From the NCBI GenBank assembly GCA_951406725.2, contig OX597824.1, forward strand, positions 46,066,001 through 46,130,000: a stretch of 64,000 bases of DNA, read 5' to 3'. Of the stretch, positions 10,901-23,619 are shown in pieces. Under the pieces are notes generated by a model. It saw nothing but the letters and a program-made list of their open reading frames with translations, did not search any database and had not been told where the DNA came from. Numbering within the stretch: position 1 is the first letter of the stretch; the number at the start of each line of letters is the position of its first letter. The stretch is from Octopus vulgaris. Taxonomy: Eukaryota. The position numbers and the translations under genes were made by a program.

Positions 10901-12374
10901 AGGTATTTTCTTTTTCTATGTATGTGTGTGTGTGTGTGTGTGTATGTATTTATGTGTGTAAGTATGTATGCGTGTATGTATGTATGTATATGTACATATG
11001 TATGTGTGCGAGTGTATGTATGCTTATGTACATATGTATGTGTGTATGTGTATGTATGATATTTAATGGTTATTGTTTGCATAGTGAATGCAAATGATTA
11101 GTGTATCAGTCAAAGAAATGCTATCCAGTCACACTAGTATCCAAGCCACAGTTAGAGCAGAACTATTCCCCTAATAATAAATACTTAAGGTAAAAAAAAA
11201 ACACTCTCAGAAGAGTCAATTTGTTTTCTATATTGGTTTCTCTCTGCCATTCTTCCTTCCTGTTTCTTAGTAATAGTTATCAATTAGAGTTACCATTATT
11301 TCAAAAAATGCATAAAGCCATTTTTCTGATTTCATCTCATTTACTGAATCCCCCTGCTCTCTCTCTCTCTTTCTCTCCCCTCTCTCTTAGTACTTCTTTC
11401 ATTCTGTTTTACCTTTTTGATTTGTCACAAAGATTTAAAAACAATGACAAAACAAAACAATAAAAAAAGGAACATTAATAAAAAAGACTGTTAAAAAGTA
11501 TACTTAGTATTGATTCTTTGTCACAGAAAACTCAACACAAATTTTACTGTATTAATCAAGGTTAGTGAGTGGGTGGAGTAAGTGGTGTATAGGTGGGAGA
11601 GAGAGAGTGGAGGAGAGGACAACAACAACAACAATGTCAGAATAACAAAGGAAGGAAGTCAGAAAATTATAACAAAAAAAATCAATAAAAAAAGAAATGT
11701 ATTTGAGTGTATGTGTGTGTGTAAAAGTGAAAAAGTGAAAATAAAATAACCTACACTATAAAGCTAATTAATATTTGACTTGTGTTCCAACACACCCCAC
11801 CCCGCTGCAAGAGTGGAGCAGCAGATTAGTGAAAATGTCAAAGCAATTATTCTTTAGTCGTTTAGTGACAATGCCCTACATTCTCCATTATGGGATGATA
11901 AAAATTCCCATCTGAGTGGGAAGTTTACATTAAAAGAAGAGAGGTTGAATTTCTATGGCAAATAAAAATTATTTACTGTTTTAAAGCAGTAGGAAGCCAG
12001 CAGATTCCAGCAAGTGTAGAAAGAATGGGGAAGATGAGGGAAGGACATTTAGTGGCACCAAGTGATGCTGTTCAAGAGGCACAAGTGAATGTGACGCCAA
12101 TAATGGTTCCTTTTACAACAGTAACTTATAACTGGACTAGTAACAATGATGAAAACAAAAGTAAAGTTATAATGGGAAATTAACAAGTGCAGACATAGCT
12201 GTGTGGGTAAGAAATTCACTTTATAGCCATGTAGTTTCAGGTTCAGTCCCACAACATGACACCTACTACAGCTCCCGGTTAACCAATGCTTTGTGATTGA
12301 ATGCGTGTGTGTGTATGTGTGTGGTATGTGTGAAAGAGAGAGAGAGAGAGAGAGATAGAGAGAGAGAACTACCT

Positions 12375-12910
12375 GAGAAAGCTGATAAAAATCACCTGGC
12401 AAGACAAGGTCCCAAACATGGAAGTCCTCTCTTGAGTTGGTCTGCCAAGCATTTTACACACTGCTGAAGAAAGTGCAGGTCAGGTGGGCAGGCCAGCTTG
12501 ACACCTGACTACCCAGAAGGCTGTTTTACAGTGAGTTGGCAGAAGGCAAGCGCACACATGGTGGGCAGAATAAAGTGCTTCAAAGATACACTCAAAGCCT
12601 TACTTAAATGCTTTCAAATCAACCCCAGCACCTGGGAAATGCAAGTACAGGATCACCCTGCCTAGTGTAGCTGCACCAATAGAGGTGCCACATCCTATGA
12701 ACAGAATAGGATTGGAGAGCACAAAGAAAACATGAGCTGTGCAAGTTCAGAACCAACTCCTTGCCTTCATTCCCAGCAGACCACCAGAGCTCAACCTGTG
12801 GAAGAACCTTCCAAGCATGCATTGTCCTGATCAGGCACAGCTAGATGCACAGTGACCCATCTGGTTTTCCCATTTGATGTCCTGGTCATAGTTAGCAACA
12901 ATGGATGAAC
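12375..12910 (+). mobile_element. RTE (BovB-like) LINE 3' fragment
   Basis: Decayed WQDKVPNMEVL...QVRWAG...PRRLFYSELAEGKRTHGGQ...FKDTLKA...TCGRTFQA. Confidence 0.85.
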
Positions 12911-12942
12911 ATTAATTGATTAGTTTAATTAATTAACATATA

Positions 12943-13321
12943 CAGGTGTGGCGGTGTGGTAAGAAGCTTGCTTCCCAACCACATGGTTCCAGGTTCAGTC
13001 CCACTGAAGGCACCTTGGGCAAGTATCTTCTTGGGCCAACCAGAGCTTTGTGAGTGGATTTGGTAGATGGAAACTGAACGAAGCCCGTTGTATATATATA
13101 TCTATGAGTGTGTGTTGTGTCTGTGTTTGTCCTCCCATTACCGATTGACAACCGATGGTGGTGTATTTACGGCCCCTTAACTTAGCAGTTCAGCAAAAGA
13201 TAATGATAGAATAAGTACTAGGTTAACAAAGAATAAATCCTGGGATTGATTTCTTCAACTAAAAATCCCTTTAAGGCAGTGCTTCAGCATGGCAGTAGTC
13301 AAATGACGGAAACAAGTACAA

Positions 13322-13325
<4 letters not shown>
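12943..13325 (+). mobile_element. SINE family A
   Basis: Colinear with 145-563. Confidence 0.85.
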
Positions 13326-13371
<46 letters not shown>

Positions 13372-13987
13372 TAGTGTGAACACACTATCTTTAAAATAAC
13401 ATGTTTTACATTAACCTGATATCATTGTATCATATATTCCTATAGTGTATATACAAAAGTATACACATGACATGCATGTGGGAAGAATGCTGGTAAGACA
13501 TGCAACATGAAGGTAGCTTGAATGTCGATAGAGGAAAACATAAAATAGTTATAAGATGAAATGCAATTATTAAAAGAAAGTAATGAAAAATTACTACCTA
13601 AATATTGCCAATAAATTTCATACATATATAAATATACACACATGCACTTTGATGCATTTTTGATGCAATTAGTACATATTAGTAAACACAATATAATTGT
13701 AAATACTAAACACAATATCATCGTTATCCTATCTATGTGTAGTGAAAAATTGAGCCCATCTCATTCACATTATTGTCTACTCTTTTGATGCCATCTGACA
13801 AAAGAAGAGTATTGTTTATATAATCAAATATGGTTACATCAAAATGAAAGTGAAGTGAAGCAAGCCGATATGCAGATATTTAATAGCAATGTTACCTTAG
13901 TATTATTTCCGTTGAAAAGAAAATTTTTTTAAATGTATTAACCATTGTTAAAGCAATAAGCATACCTACAAAATTGTAACCCCATCA

Positions 13988-14660
13988 CTTGATTTTGTTT
14001 CCACATAATTTCCAGAAAAATGGATATTTTTTAATGAAATTTTCTACATATATGCTTCAAACGGTGCAGATTTTGATTATATTGGAATTTGTTGTCAAAG
14101 AAAATTTCCAGGGGATAGGGAGAGGAGTTTTAGAAAATTAACATGAGTCAACTTTGTTTCCTTATAACTTTTGTAAAAAGGGTATTTTAAATGTAATTTT
14201 CAACAAATACGTCTCAGAGTGTGTAAATTAGGATTATATTGAAATTTGATGGGAAAACAAAAGCGGTGAGCACACACACACACATACTGACACATATGAC
14301 AATTTTTTCGAAATGTCAAATTTCATTTTGTAGAAATATGTAATGTATGTCAGTATGTATGTGTGTGTATGAACCAACCAATGTATTTTTTTTTTCATAT
14401 CAAACTCCAATATAATCATAATCTACACACTCTGAAGGTATTTGTAGAAAATTTCATGAAAAAGTATCCATTTTTCTGAAACTTATGCAGAAACAAAGCT
14501 GACCTAAGTGAATTTTCCAAAACTCCTCTCCACACCCATGGGAAAATATTTTCACAATAAATTCCAATATAATCAGAATCTACACCATCTGAAGAGTATT
14601 TATAGAAAATTTCATTTTAAAATAACCATTTTTTCTGGAAGCTATGAGGAAAATCAGGGG
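13988..14660. mobile_element. Foldback/MITE-like element with long modular inverted arms
   Basis: 13988-14260 is the reverse complement of about 14395-14660. Each arm holds two related modules (aaattttctac...gattatattggaattt). Confidence 0.7.
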
Positions 14661-16394
14661 GCACACATGTGCAGGTATGCTAAGCAATGAAATATTAGTC
14701 CTTAGTAGATGCTGGCAAAGCATGCAACAGTTGAAAATGCAAAATTTAAAGCAGACAGCTATAAGAAATAGTGAATTGGTTGTTAACAGAACATCGCATT
14801 TAAAATCAAAAAAACAAAAGAATATTAAACGAAAAAAAGACAGTGAAACATGATCATTAATAATTATACAGCTATTTGAACATGCAATGTTTGCCAAGTA
14901 GAAATTCAAATGAGAAGGTTATTTGTGTTTGTGCATGCTCATAAACTGTAGTCTGGTTATGAACATTTCACTATGGTCAAATCCAGTATATCATTGTGCC
15001 TGCAAGCTAGAAGTCCAAAATCAACATTTAAAAAAAAATTATATCAAAGATATATCTCTCGGGTTGTTCTAGTACCACTGGTAACATGTAACTCAGTACA
15101 ATTTATTGCATGGTTGGGTTGTTGGTGACTAAACCGGCAACCCCACAATGCTTGCTTGATGAGGAAGGTGATTTCCGAACATCGTGCAGGATGACAAACA
15201 AGACTATCAAAGGGTGGAGGAACTCAAGAGAGTCAATGGCCACCCAGTATAGTCAAGGTAGATGGTGCTCACCAGTTGTAGGAGAAGGGAATCCCTGGAT
15301 AAAAACTGTTCAGTGTGGACTTGCAACCAGCTGATACTATTTTGCATAGGAAAAATTATGGTATGAAGATGTTATAGTTTTATCTAAGGATGACTGAAAA
15401 TAAATAAGTAAATAAATAAATAGATATATACATCCATTACATGGAAGCTGTATTAGATAACATACTTAAAAATAATACATCCTGATAGGCAAAAGTTACT
15501 GTAGTTACATCTATAAGAGATATTATCTCCAGACAGATACCATAATAAATTTTACCTATCATGACACAGTAAGTATGATACATATATGGCTATTTTAATC
15601 AAATACTGCTTCTGTTGTATATAATGGATTTTTATTCAACCAGTGACTGTTTATTAACTGTTTTCATTTATATATTGGTGGTGACAGATTTTGTCTAGGT
15701 ACGCTGGCTGTGAGTACTAATAATGACCAATAAGGCAGAAATACATCTAGTGTTTTTACTCACTGCTGCTAAGACTAATTTTGTATCCCTCTGATGTGTA
15801 TAATTTGTGTTTTTAAACACAGTACATACATAAGCATAATATACTGCAGATGAATACTGCAGTATATTATGCTTATCACAATGTATTTACATTGACCTTG
15901 ATGCATAAATGGCTGTGTGTGTGTGTATGTAAAAGAGAGAGGGAGAGAGAGAGAGAATGAGAGACAAAGTGGGTCTGTGTATCTTTGACTTTATGTTTGC
16001 CCCAACCCACTCCCACTATTTGACAACAGGTGTTAATTCCTTTACCATCTCTGTAACTTAGTGATTCAGCAAAAAGAAACTGATAGAATATGCACTAGAT
16101 TTAAAATAAGTACTGGAGTCAATTTTGTTTGATAAAACCAACAAGGAAGTGTACCAGCATGGCTGTATGCAGTCCAATGATTGAAACAAGAGATTAAAGG
16201 AAAGTATGCTTGTCAAAGATTGAGATTTCAAGTGGTGATAAAGTTAATGAGAAAAAAAAAGCTGATGAAATATTCAATGACTTGAAAGAAATCATTAACA
16301 GTTAAACACTTAATTTTCAATGCAGCTATGGGTTGACATGGACTGGAACAAATCTGTAGTATGACAAAAGTTCAAAAGTTGGAATTGGTTGAGG

Positions 16395-16795
16395 AGCTCA
16401 ATACCACAGATTTAGTTGTTAATTGCTTGACCTTAACCAGTTGAGCATGTCCCTTAGTGGCTGACGATATGTGCATCTCTGATCATGAGCTGAAGTAGTG
16501 GAGGAGCATCATAGCCATTTGTTGAGAGGAGTTCTTTAGGGTTCGACTAATTTACCTTTGGAAACATGGGTGTTCATCATCCTTAAGCAAACCTTATTCA
16601 GGGACCTTTTGAGTGGGATGGGCTATTCAACCTGAAAAAATTCTAATTGGGTTCCACCTGCAAGGTCATATTGCCATGTCATACACATATAGTTGTGATG
16701 CATGTGCCTGGTGTACCCTCATTAGATCAGTAGTTATGATGGGTATACTGGGCTTTACATATGGCATGCACTGCACACTCACTCAATAATAATAG
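16395..16795. mobile_element. Unclassified (TAA)n-associated element, partial copy
   Basis: Aligns with 17188-17630 (gctcaataccacagattt ... cactcaataataat). Confidence 0.8.
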
Positions 16796-17891
16796 TTTCA
16801 AATTTTGCCACAAGGGCAGCGTTTTTGGGTTGGGTATGAGTCAATTATATCAACCCCAGTGTTCAACTGCCACTTATTTCATCAACCCTGAAAGGATGAA
16901 AGGTAAAATCAACCTCAGTGGAATTTGAACTCAGAACATAGTGATGGGCAAAATACCGCTAAGCATTTCATCCATCGCACTAATGATTCTGCCAGCTTTG
17001 CACCTTCTTTCACTCAATAATTAATATTAATAATAATAATGATAATAATAATAATAATAATAATGATAATAATAATAATGCAGTACCAGGCAGTGGCTCT
17101 CATGGCTTCTGATCTTAACTGATTGGAAGTATTATCATGTACATTGTTTTGTCTTGGTATAAAAGATGGGCTACAGTAAATATTCTGCTCAATACCACAG
17201 ATTTGCTTGTCAGTTGTTTGACCTTAACCAGTTGAGCATGTCCCTTAGTGGCTGACGATATGTGCATCTCTGATCACGAGCAGAAGTAGTGGGGGAGCAT
17301 CATAGCCATGTGTTGAGAGGGATTCTTTGGGGTTTGAATAATTCACCTCTGGAAACATGGGTGGTTCTTTCAACATCCTTAAACAACCCTTATTCAGGGA
17401 CCTTTTGAGCGGGATGGGCTACTCAACCTGAAGAAATTTCTAACTGGGCCCCACCTGCAAGGTCATGTGCTGTTTATCTTGATATGAGATCACCATGTTG
17501 CGCACATATGGTTGTGATGCATGTGCCTGGTGTACCCTTATCAGACGGGTAGTCATGATGGGTATATTGGGCTTCGTATATTTTACCCCAGTATCACTTT
17601 GATGGCATACACTGCTCTCTCACTCAATAATAATAATAATAATAATGATGATGATGATGATGATGATGATGATGGTGATGATTTCAAATTTTAGCTCAAG
17701 ACCAGCAAGTACAGGGGAGGGGGTAAGTCCATTTCATCAATCCTAGTACTGAACTGGTACTTATTTTATCGACCCCAAAAGGATGAAAGGCAAAGTCAAC
17801 CTTGTCAGAATTTGAACTCAGAATGTAAAGATAGACGAAATGCCACTAAGTATTTTGCTCAGCATGCTAATGATTCTGCCAGCTCGCCACC

Positions 17892-17923
<32 letters not shown>

Positions 17924-18128
17924 CTTTTCTACTATAAGCACAAGGTTTCAAATTTGGGGAGAGGAGATTAGTCAATTACATTGACCATAATGTTCAACTG
18001 GTACTTATTTCATTGACCCCAAAAGGATAAAAGGCAAAGTCGACCTCAGCGGAATTTGAACTCAAGAGCATAAAGAAAGACGAAATGCCACTAAGCATTT
18101 TACCCTGCATGCTGATGATTCTGCCAAA
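16796..18128 (-). mobile_element. Cluster of three SINE family B copies (16796-17005, 17680-17893, 17922-18127)
   Basis: Each has aaaggatgaaaggcaaagtcaacctc...gaatttgaactcagaa...gattctgccagct; separated by (TAA)n/(GAT)n. Confidence 0.85.
17078..17630. mobile_element. Unclassified ~550-bp (TAA)n-associated element, longest copy
   Basis: Bounded by (TAA)n on both sides. Partial copies at 16395-16795, 24968-25133 (inverted) and 37898-38027. Confidence 0.8.
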
Positions 18129-18801
18129 TAGTAATTATAATGATAGTGGGAATAGTGACAATATAAAAGTGTTGTTGTTTTATTGCATTGTGCTGTGATA
18201 GATACTACTAGATGGTAAAAGGAGGGGAGAAAGCAAGAGCACATCCAATTGAAATGAGGAATAAAGGAAACCGAAGAATTAACAAATGGCCTTTGAGATA
18301 GGAACCTGAAAGAAAGAACAATTACACTTACACACACTTGCATACTCACACACACTTGCATACACACACACATACTTGCATACACACCCACACACACTTT
18401 TAAACCCATTTGCACACCATTTAAAGACACACATGCACATAAACACACAAGACACTCACATGCATAGACACAGCACACACACAGTGACATTAAGATGGTG
18501 GATGTTTTAGTGAATGCTTAACAGGAGTTTAAAATAAAAAAAAGATCAGTGAATAAGATGTTTATGAATGGAACAAATGCTCAAGGCAAGCAACAGCAAA
18601 GCAGTAATGACTAGGTGCCAACATATTTGAGAAATGCTATAGAATTTTCTGGCTACTGATGTTGCGTCCTTCCACATATTTCTATCAACACCATGTTCTG
18701 GATTAGCTTATACTATGATAGTGGCATATTTCACACATAAAAATGTGGAAAATCACTAGGCTACAACTGAACTCACAGACTTTGTTCAAATATATTGTGT
18801 G

Positions 18802-19025
18802 ACCCTTTAGCATTCAGATAACTCTGTCAAATGTAATGCTTATTGATACAAACTGTTTTGGATTAATCATGCATTACCTTGTAGCTTTGAGATTTCAAAG
18901 ATGTGATTCTTTATTTTTAGTATAACATTGTAGGGTAGATGTTAGAGGCCACATCTTTATGGTTTGAGCATAAAACAGGTAAACTATTTGAGCCAGATAT
19001 AGTTGATTTGAATGCTAAAGGGGTA
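18802..19025 (+). mobile_element. piggyBac-like MITE (copies also at 34085-34305 and, inverted, 43860-44077)
   Basis: TIR ccctttagcattca / tgaatgctaaaggg with TTAA-like flanks (ttaa at 34084, gtaa at 19023); shared internal sequence in three copies. Confidence 0.65.
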
Positions 19026-19164
19026 AATGAAGTTGTTGCTGTTGTTGATGTTTAGCTGTAAGCTGTGACTGAGTAGATTTACAATCAAGGGTCTTCCAGG
19101 TTTGACCATATCTTTTAATCAAGCACAGGACTACATTATCCAATATTTCATTTCTTTTTGAGAA

Positions 19165-19613
19165 ATTGTTCAGTTTTATTTCAGGTTTTCTTGCCAGTAG
19201 AGAAAGAGCTGGTTTCTAACCTAGATCTAAGGCTCCTTCATTGGAATTTCAACATCAACAACAGGGTATTTTGTTTGTATGTATGTATGTATGTATGTTA
19301 TCTTCGTAGTCATAAAGCGAGACAGATGAGTGATAACCTGGCCACTGGTGGTGGTGTAACACACCATACTAATCATATCTGTCGGGCATGTGGAAGAGAG
19401 TGTAATTCGGCAGGAGGACTTAAACGACATGCAAAGGTACATGAAGCCCAGTTACAACTACAGCCGGCTATTACCAGTAAAGGTTTTAGTTGCCAATTCT
19501 GTACAAGACATTGTAGATCTTTAGTTGGGCTAAAAAGTCACATTCGATCACAGCACCAGTAACAGTTAAGCTTCGTGCAATGGCCATACTCGATAATGAG
19601 GGGGCAGCCATAA

Positions 19614-19654
<41 letters not shown>

Positions 19655-19860
19655 GCGTGTGTGTGTGTGTGTATGCATGTATGTATATGTGCAGATTTGT
19701 ATGTTTTGCTTTATGTATGTACTCTCATGCATATAGTTGCGTATCTAGACATGTTCATATATATTTAAATGATAAACTTCTGGAAAGTTTTACAGATTTT
19801 TGCAGTTCCAGTGATGGATTGGATCCGTAGTCTTCGAATTAGCTTTCTCCTTTCTGGTTT
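19165..19860 (-). mobile_element. Third R4/Dong-like 3' end, interrupted by an insertion
   Basis: Matches 10488-10780; minus frame KPERRKLIRRLRIQSITGTAKICKT. Confidence 0.75.
19299..19670 (+). mobile_element. RTE-type LINE 3' end encoding two C2H2-like zinc fingers
   Basis: HICRACGRECNSAGGLKRHAKVH and FSCQFCTRHCRSLVGLKSHIRSQH*, short 3' UTR, (TG)n tail, no TGEKP linker. Absent from the homologous site at ~10590. Confidence 0.7.
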
Positions 19861-19978
19861 AAGTAAGCTTCTTATTACACAGCCATGATGTGTATATACA
19901 TATATATTATATATGTTTATTATATATGTTTATTATATATATTATATATATATATTTAAATAAATAAATAAGTATACA

Positions 19979-20041
<63 letters not shown>

Positions 20042-21061
20042 GACAATAGAAAGTTTGAGTTCATAAAAGTGAGAGGGAGAGAGAGATAAGTGGCAGAGAA
20101 TTTTGCAGACATGTCTTACTAACACCAGCATTCAAAAATAGATAATAATGATTCGTATTTTATTTTATTTTTATAAATTTATATAACTTCTGTAGCACTG
20201 GTAATGGAACCAATAAAAACATCTATTTTCCTATTTTATAATAAATTGGATAAGTAAAGTTATTATCGAAATTTTGCTCTCAACAGAAAAAAAAATCTCT
20301 AAAAAGGTAAAAAGAAACTTTATATATTTTATTTTAGTTGAGCATATTTATCTATTTTACATTTTTCTTTTCATATTAGCACAAAATAGACAATGAGCTT
20401 AATAACACCCTTCAATTTATTCTTGATTGCAGTTAATTCCTGAGATGGGTTTTGCTTTGTAAAGTCTTTAACTATTGGTTGCTTCATGTGGTCTACATCC
20501 ACTTTACAGGTTATTCAATTCTCACTATTCAGTCTTCTGTCTGTCTGTCTGTCTCAAAACTTCATAACTGACTTTCTACATTACAACCTAATTGGTTTTC
20601 CGAGCATTTCTGTCAGCTCTGAAACCTCTTTAGAGATTTAAATGTAGATCTACAACTGACTGTATTGATGATATAAAAACTGTATTGTTTGTTAAGGTCA
20701 ATTAATATTACTTGTGAATAACACAGACTGATAACACGGAAATTATCTGCAAGGTTGGAGACAATGGCTTGTCTGGGTGAAGAAGGGTTGGTTGTGGTTA
20801 GTAGTTATCACATCAGTACTAGACAAGGAAGAATTTAATTTGAATGAAGTGGTGAGGTGAGTAGTGCAAATAACATTAGTGCCACACAGATAAAGTGTCA
20901 TGATTCAAGACAGATGATCACATGTTCATAACATTATATATGCGCTGTATGGCAAAGTAAGACAAGAAATTTAAGGCTTTAAGCAGAGCACATTTCCAAG
21001 AATATTGATACAACTCACTGTTACCCTGAAACTCTTGCTACCACAATATTACTACAATCAT

Positions 21062-21252
21062 CAAGGCAGCAAGCTAGCAGAATTGTTATTATGCCAGACA
21101 ATGCTTAGTCACATTTCATCACCTTTACATTATGAGTTCAAATTCTACTGATGTTCACTTTGCCTTTTGTCCTTTCGGGGTCGATTTGAGCACTGGGGTT
21201 GATGTAATTGACTTACACACTTCCCTGAAACTGCTGGCCAAAATTTGAAACC
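21062..21252 (+). mobile_element. SINE family B with TSD
   Basis: Flanked by caatat(t/g)actacaatca on both sides. Confidence 0.8.
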
Positions 21253-22181
21253 AATATGACTACAATCAATCTGGTTGGGTGACTTGCCTGGACCAGTGTA
21301 ACTCTTCCAAGTCAAATGTCCTGATTGAGCAATGAGGCATGAATGTCTGGCCTAAGTTTTAGTCACACTGGTCTTTTGCTAGCTGAAATATCTCATCTGC
21401 ACATGCCATAAGTACAGATAATAGCAGTAGTTTGCTAACTGAATTGATTGTTCCTGGCCATTGACAGTTTGTTGTCTATTCATTCACTCAACATCTAATG
21501 CTATTCACCACTGACTCAATAACATCATCTACTAAAATAGTTAACACCCAATATACCACATTCCATGATTTCAACATGCCCTGACATGTGGGTTATATGC
21601 AATTTAGCCTGCTGCTGAGTATGACTTCAAACTGAATCTGGTAGTGAGACCCTGGTTTAAGAGATTTCGAGGAGTGTGGAGCCATCTCTTTACCACTATT
21701 GTTCCCAATCTACTTTGACCCTGAGCAGTAGATATTACTACGTCCACACCAGCAAGTCCTGATTGTCACAACACATTTCTCTGAAATATTCAATTCTATC
21801 AGTGATAATAAATGGTACTCTTCCTGCGTAGCATAAATACAAATCAACATACCACTCACTGTAGCCATATTGTTATCCTTACATTCACCACCCTACTTCT
21901 ATAAATCAGGATTTTTCTTTCATTAGGTAATGTAGTTGAGTTCCATACTCAAAGAGTGGTACAACCCCATAACTCATGGTTAATCAACTTAGAGGCTGAC
22001 ATCTTGAGCAGACCTATCCTTATCTTATGTTGATAACATAAACACAACCCCATTTGTTTTGACAAAACTGATATTTTAGTTTTTAAGAAACCAGTTTTTA
22101 AAACTTATCTTCCTGATCTTTATAAAATTTCCAGAATCCTATCAGCAAACAAGTTCTTTAATTTCACCTAACAAAGTATTG

Positions 22182-22222
22182 TTTCACTGATGAGGCCTAA
22201 TAATACTGAAACATGGTTGAAA
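22182..22222 (+). ncRNA. Degenerate minimal hammerhead motif
   Basis: TTTCA-CTGATGA-GGCctaataatACT-GAAA-CATGGT-TGAAA. Stem I (5 bp) and both core boxes are intact; stems II and III are damaged. Confidence 0.45.
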
Positions 22223-22864
22223 TTGTCACTGTATTGCATTAAATTTTAGATTCAATTTTTAATTAATTTCTACTTTTGAGATAATCAATTTAAAGTGTAA
22301 TTTTAATTAAGAGTGTAATTTTATTTAAATGAAATTTCAAAATTCATTACAATAATTATGCTAGCAGCCACTATACTATTTTTCATGTAGCTGGCATCCC
22401 TGGATATTTTCCAGTCATACAATTATAACATCTTCATGGCACATCATATGTATTATGGTCCATTTATAACTGGTAGAGTTGTTAGGATGTAAGTCTACTG
22501 GTTGAAATAACGATCAACAGTTTATTTTTTATCATTGGCAATGCACTGTGTCTCTGGCATTCATACTGAATTATAATAACCTATCTAGGAAAATAGGAGT
22601 GACTGTTATGATTAGCAGTGAACAGTGTATATTTGGTGGCAGTTTTGTTAGCATTATATACACACATATTTCTCAGCTTTAGACCATATTTGCCACAAAA
22701 GGCTCAAGTAATTGTGACTCAGCCAAACAGATCTCCCTGCCAAATATGGCTTTTAGAATATTTAGGAACTTTGTTGATGGTACATAAAAAAAGTAGGCAA
22801 ATATAAAAACACTGCTATCAGATTCTATAAGAGGTTATGTAGATTTTCTCTACCTTCAAATACG

Positions 22865-23238
22865 GGTTTTAAATTTTGGCACAAGGTCAGCAATTTTGGA
22901 GGATAGGGTAAGTCGATTACATTGACCCTAGTGTTCAGCTGGTATTTATTTTATCAACCTTGAAAGGACAAAAGACAAAGTCAATCTTGGCAGAATTTGA
23001 GCTCAAAACATGACGGATGAAATGCTGCTAAGCATTTTGCCTGGTATGCTAACAACTCTGCCAGCTTGCTGCCTTCTAACTTCAAATATTAATAACAGCT
23101 AAAAGTCAGGTCAACTTTACCTTTCATCCCTCTGGGTTTGATAAAATAAGTACCAGTTGAACACTAGGAGGGTGGGGGTTGATGTAATCGACTTACCCCA
23201 CCCACTAAATTTCTGGCTTTGTGCTAAAATTTGAAACC
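22865..23238. mobile_element. Two oppositely oriented SINE family B copies (22865-23075 minus; 23106-23238 plus, 5'-truncated)
   Basis: The second copy has a perfect 15-bp TSD aataacagctaaaag (23091-23105, 23239-23253). The first is flanked by cttcaaata. Confidence 0.85.
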
Positions 23239-23619
23239 AATAACAGCTAAAAGCAGAATACAGAGTTATATTGGTAAATTTCACAAAAAAATTGTCCTAA
23301 TCTCTTAACTTCACCTATCCTTGCAAATTATTAATAGTTGGATTATTTATCAGCATATTATGGTAACCAAATGTTCTTTTATTCATTAATTTTCAAATGC
23401 TGTTATTTGTTCAACTGCTGTAAATATGTATATATTATGTTCCTGGTTAAATAAACAATTTGAAAAATTATTTTCAATTTAATGTGATTTTGTGAATTGA
23501 ACTAGCAGCATACAAATGTTACTTATTGTCAATTATTTATTAACTACTTTACAACCACACTAAAACTGTCCCATACTTCCAAACATGAGTGGAGAAGAGT
23601 TAGGTACCAGCCCCAGTCG

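Noticed and set aside
15764-15790. Possible 27-nt minus-strand microexon (cag|...|gtgagt)
   Set aside because: Weak polypyrimidine tract and no homology support.
19158-19562. ORF with two C2H2 fingers as a host ZNF gene
   Set aside because: Chimeric across repeat boundaries, no linker motifs or splice sites, and ends in a LINE-type tail.
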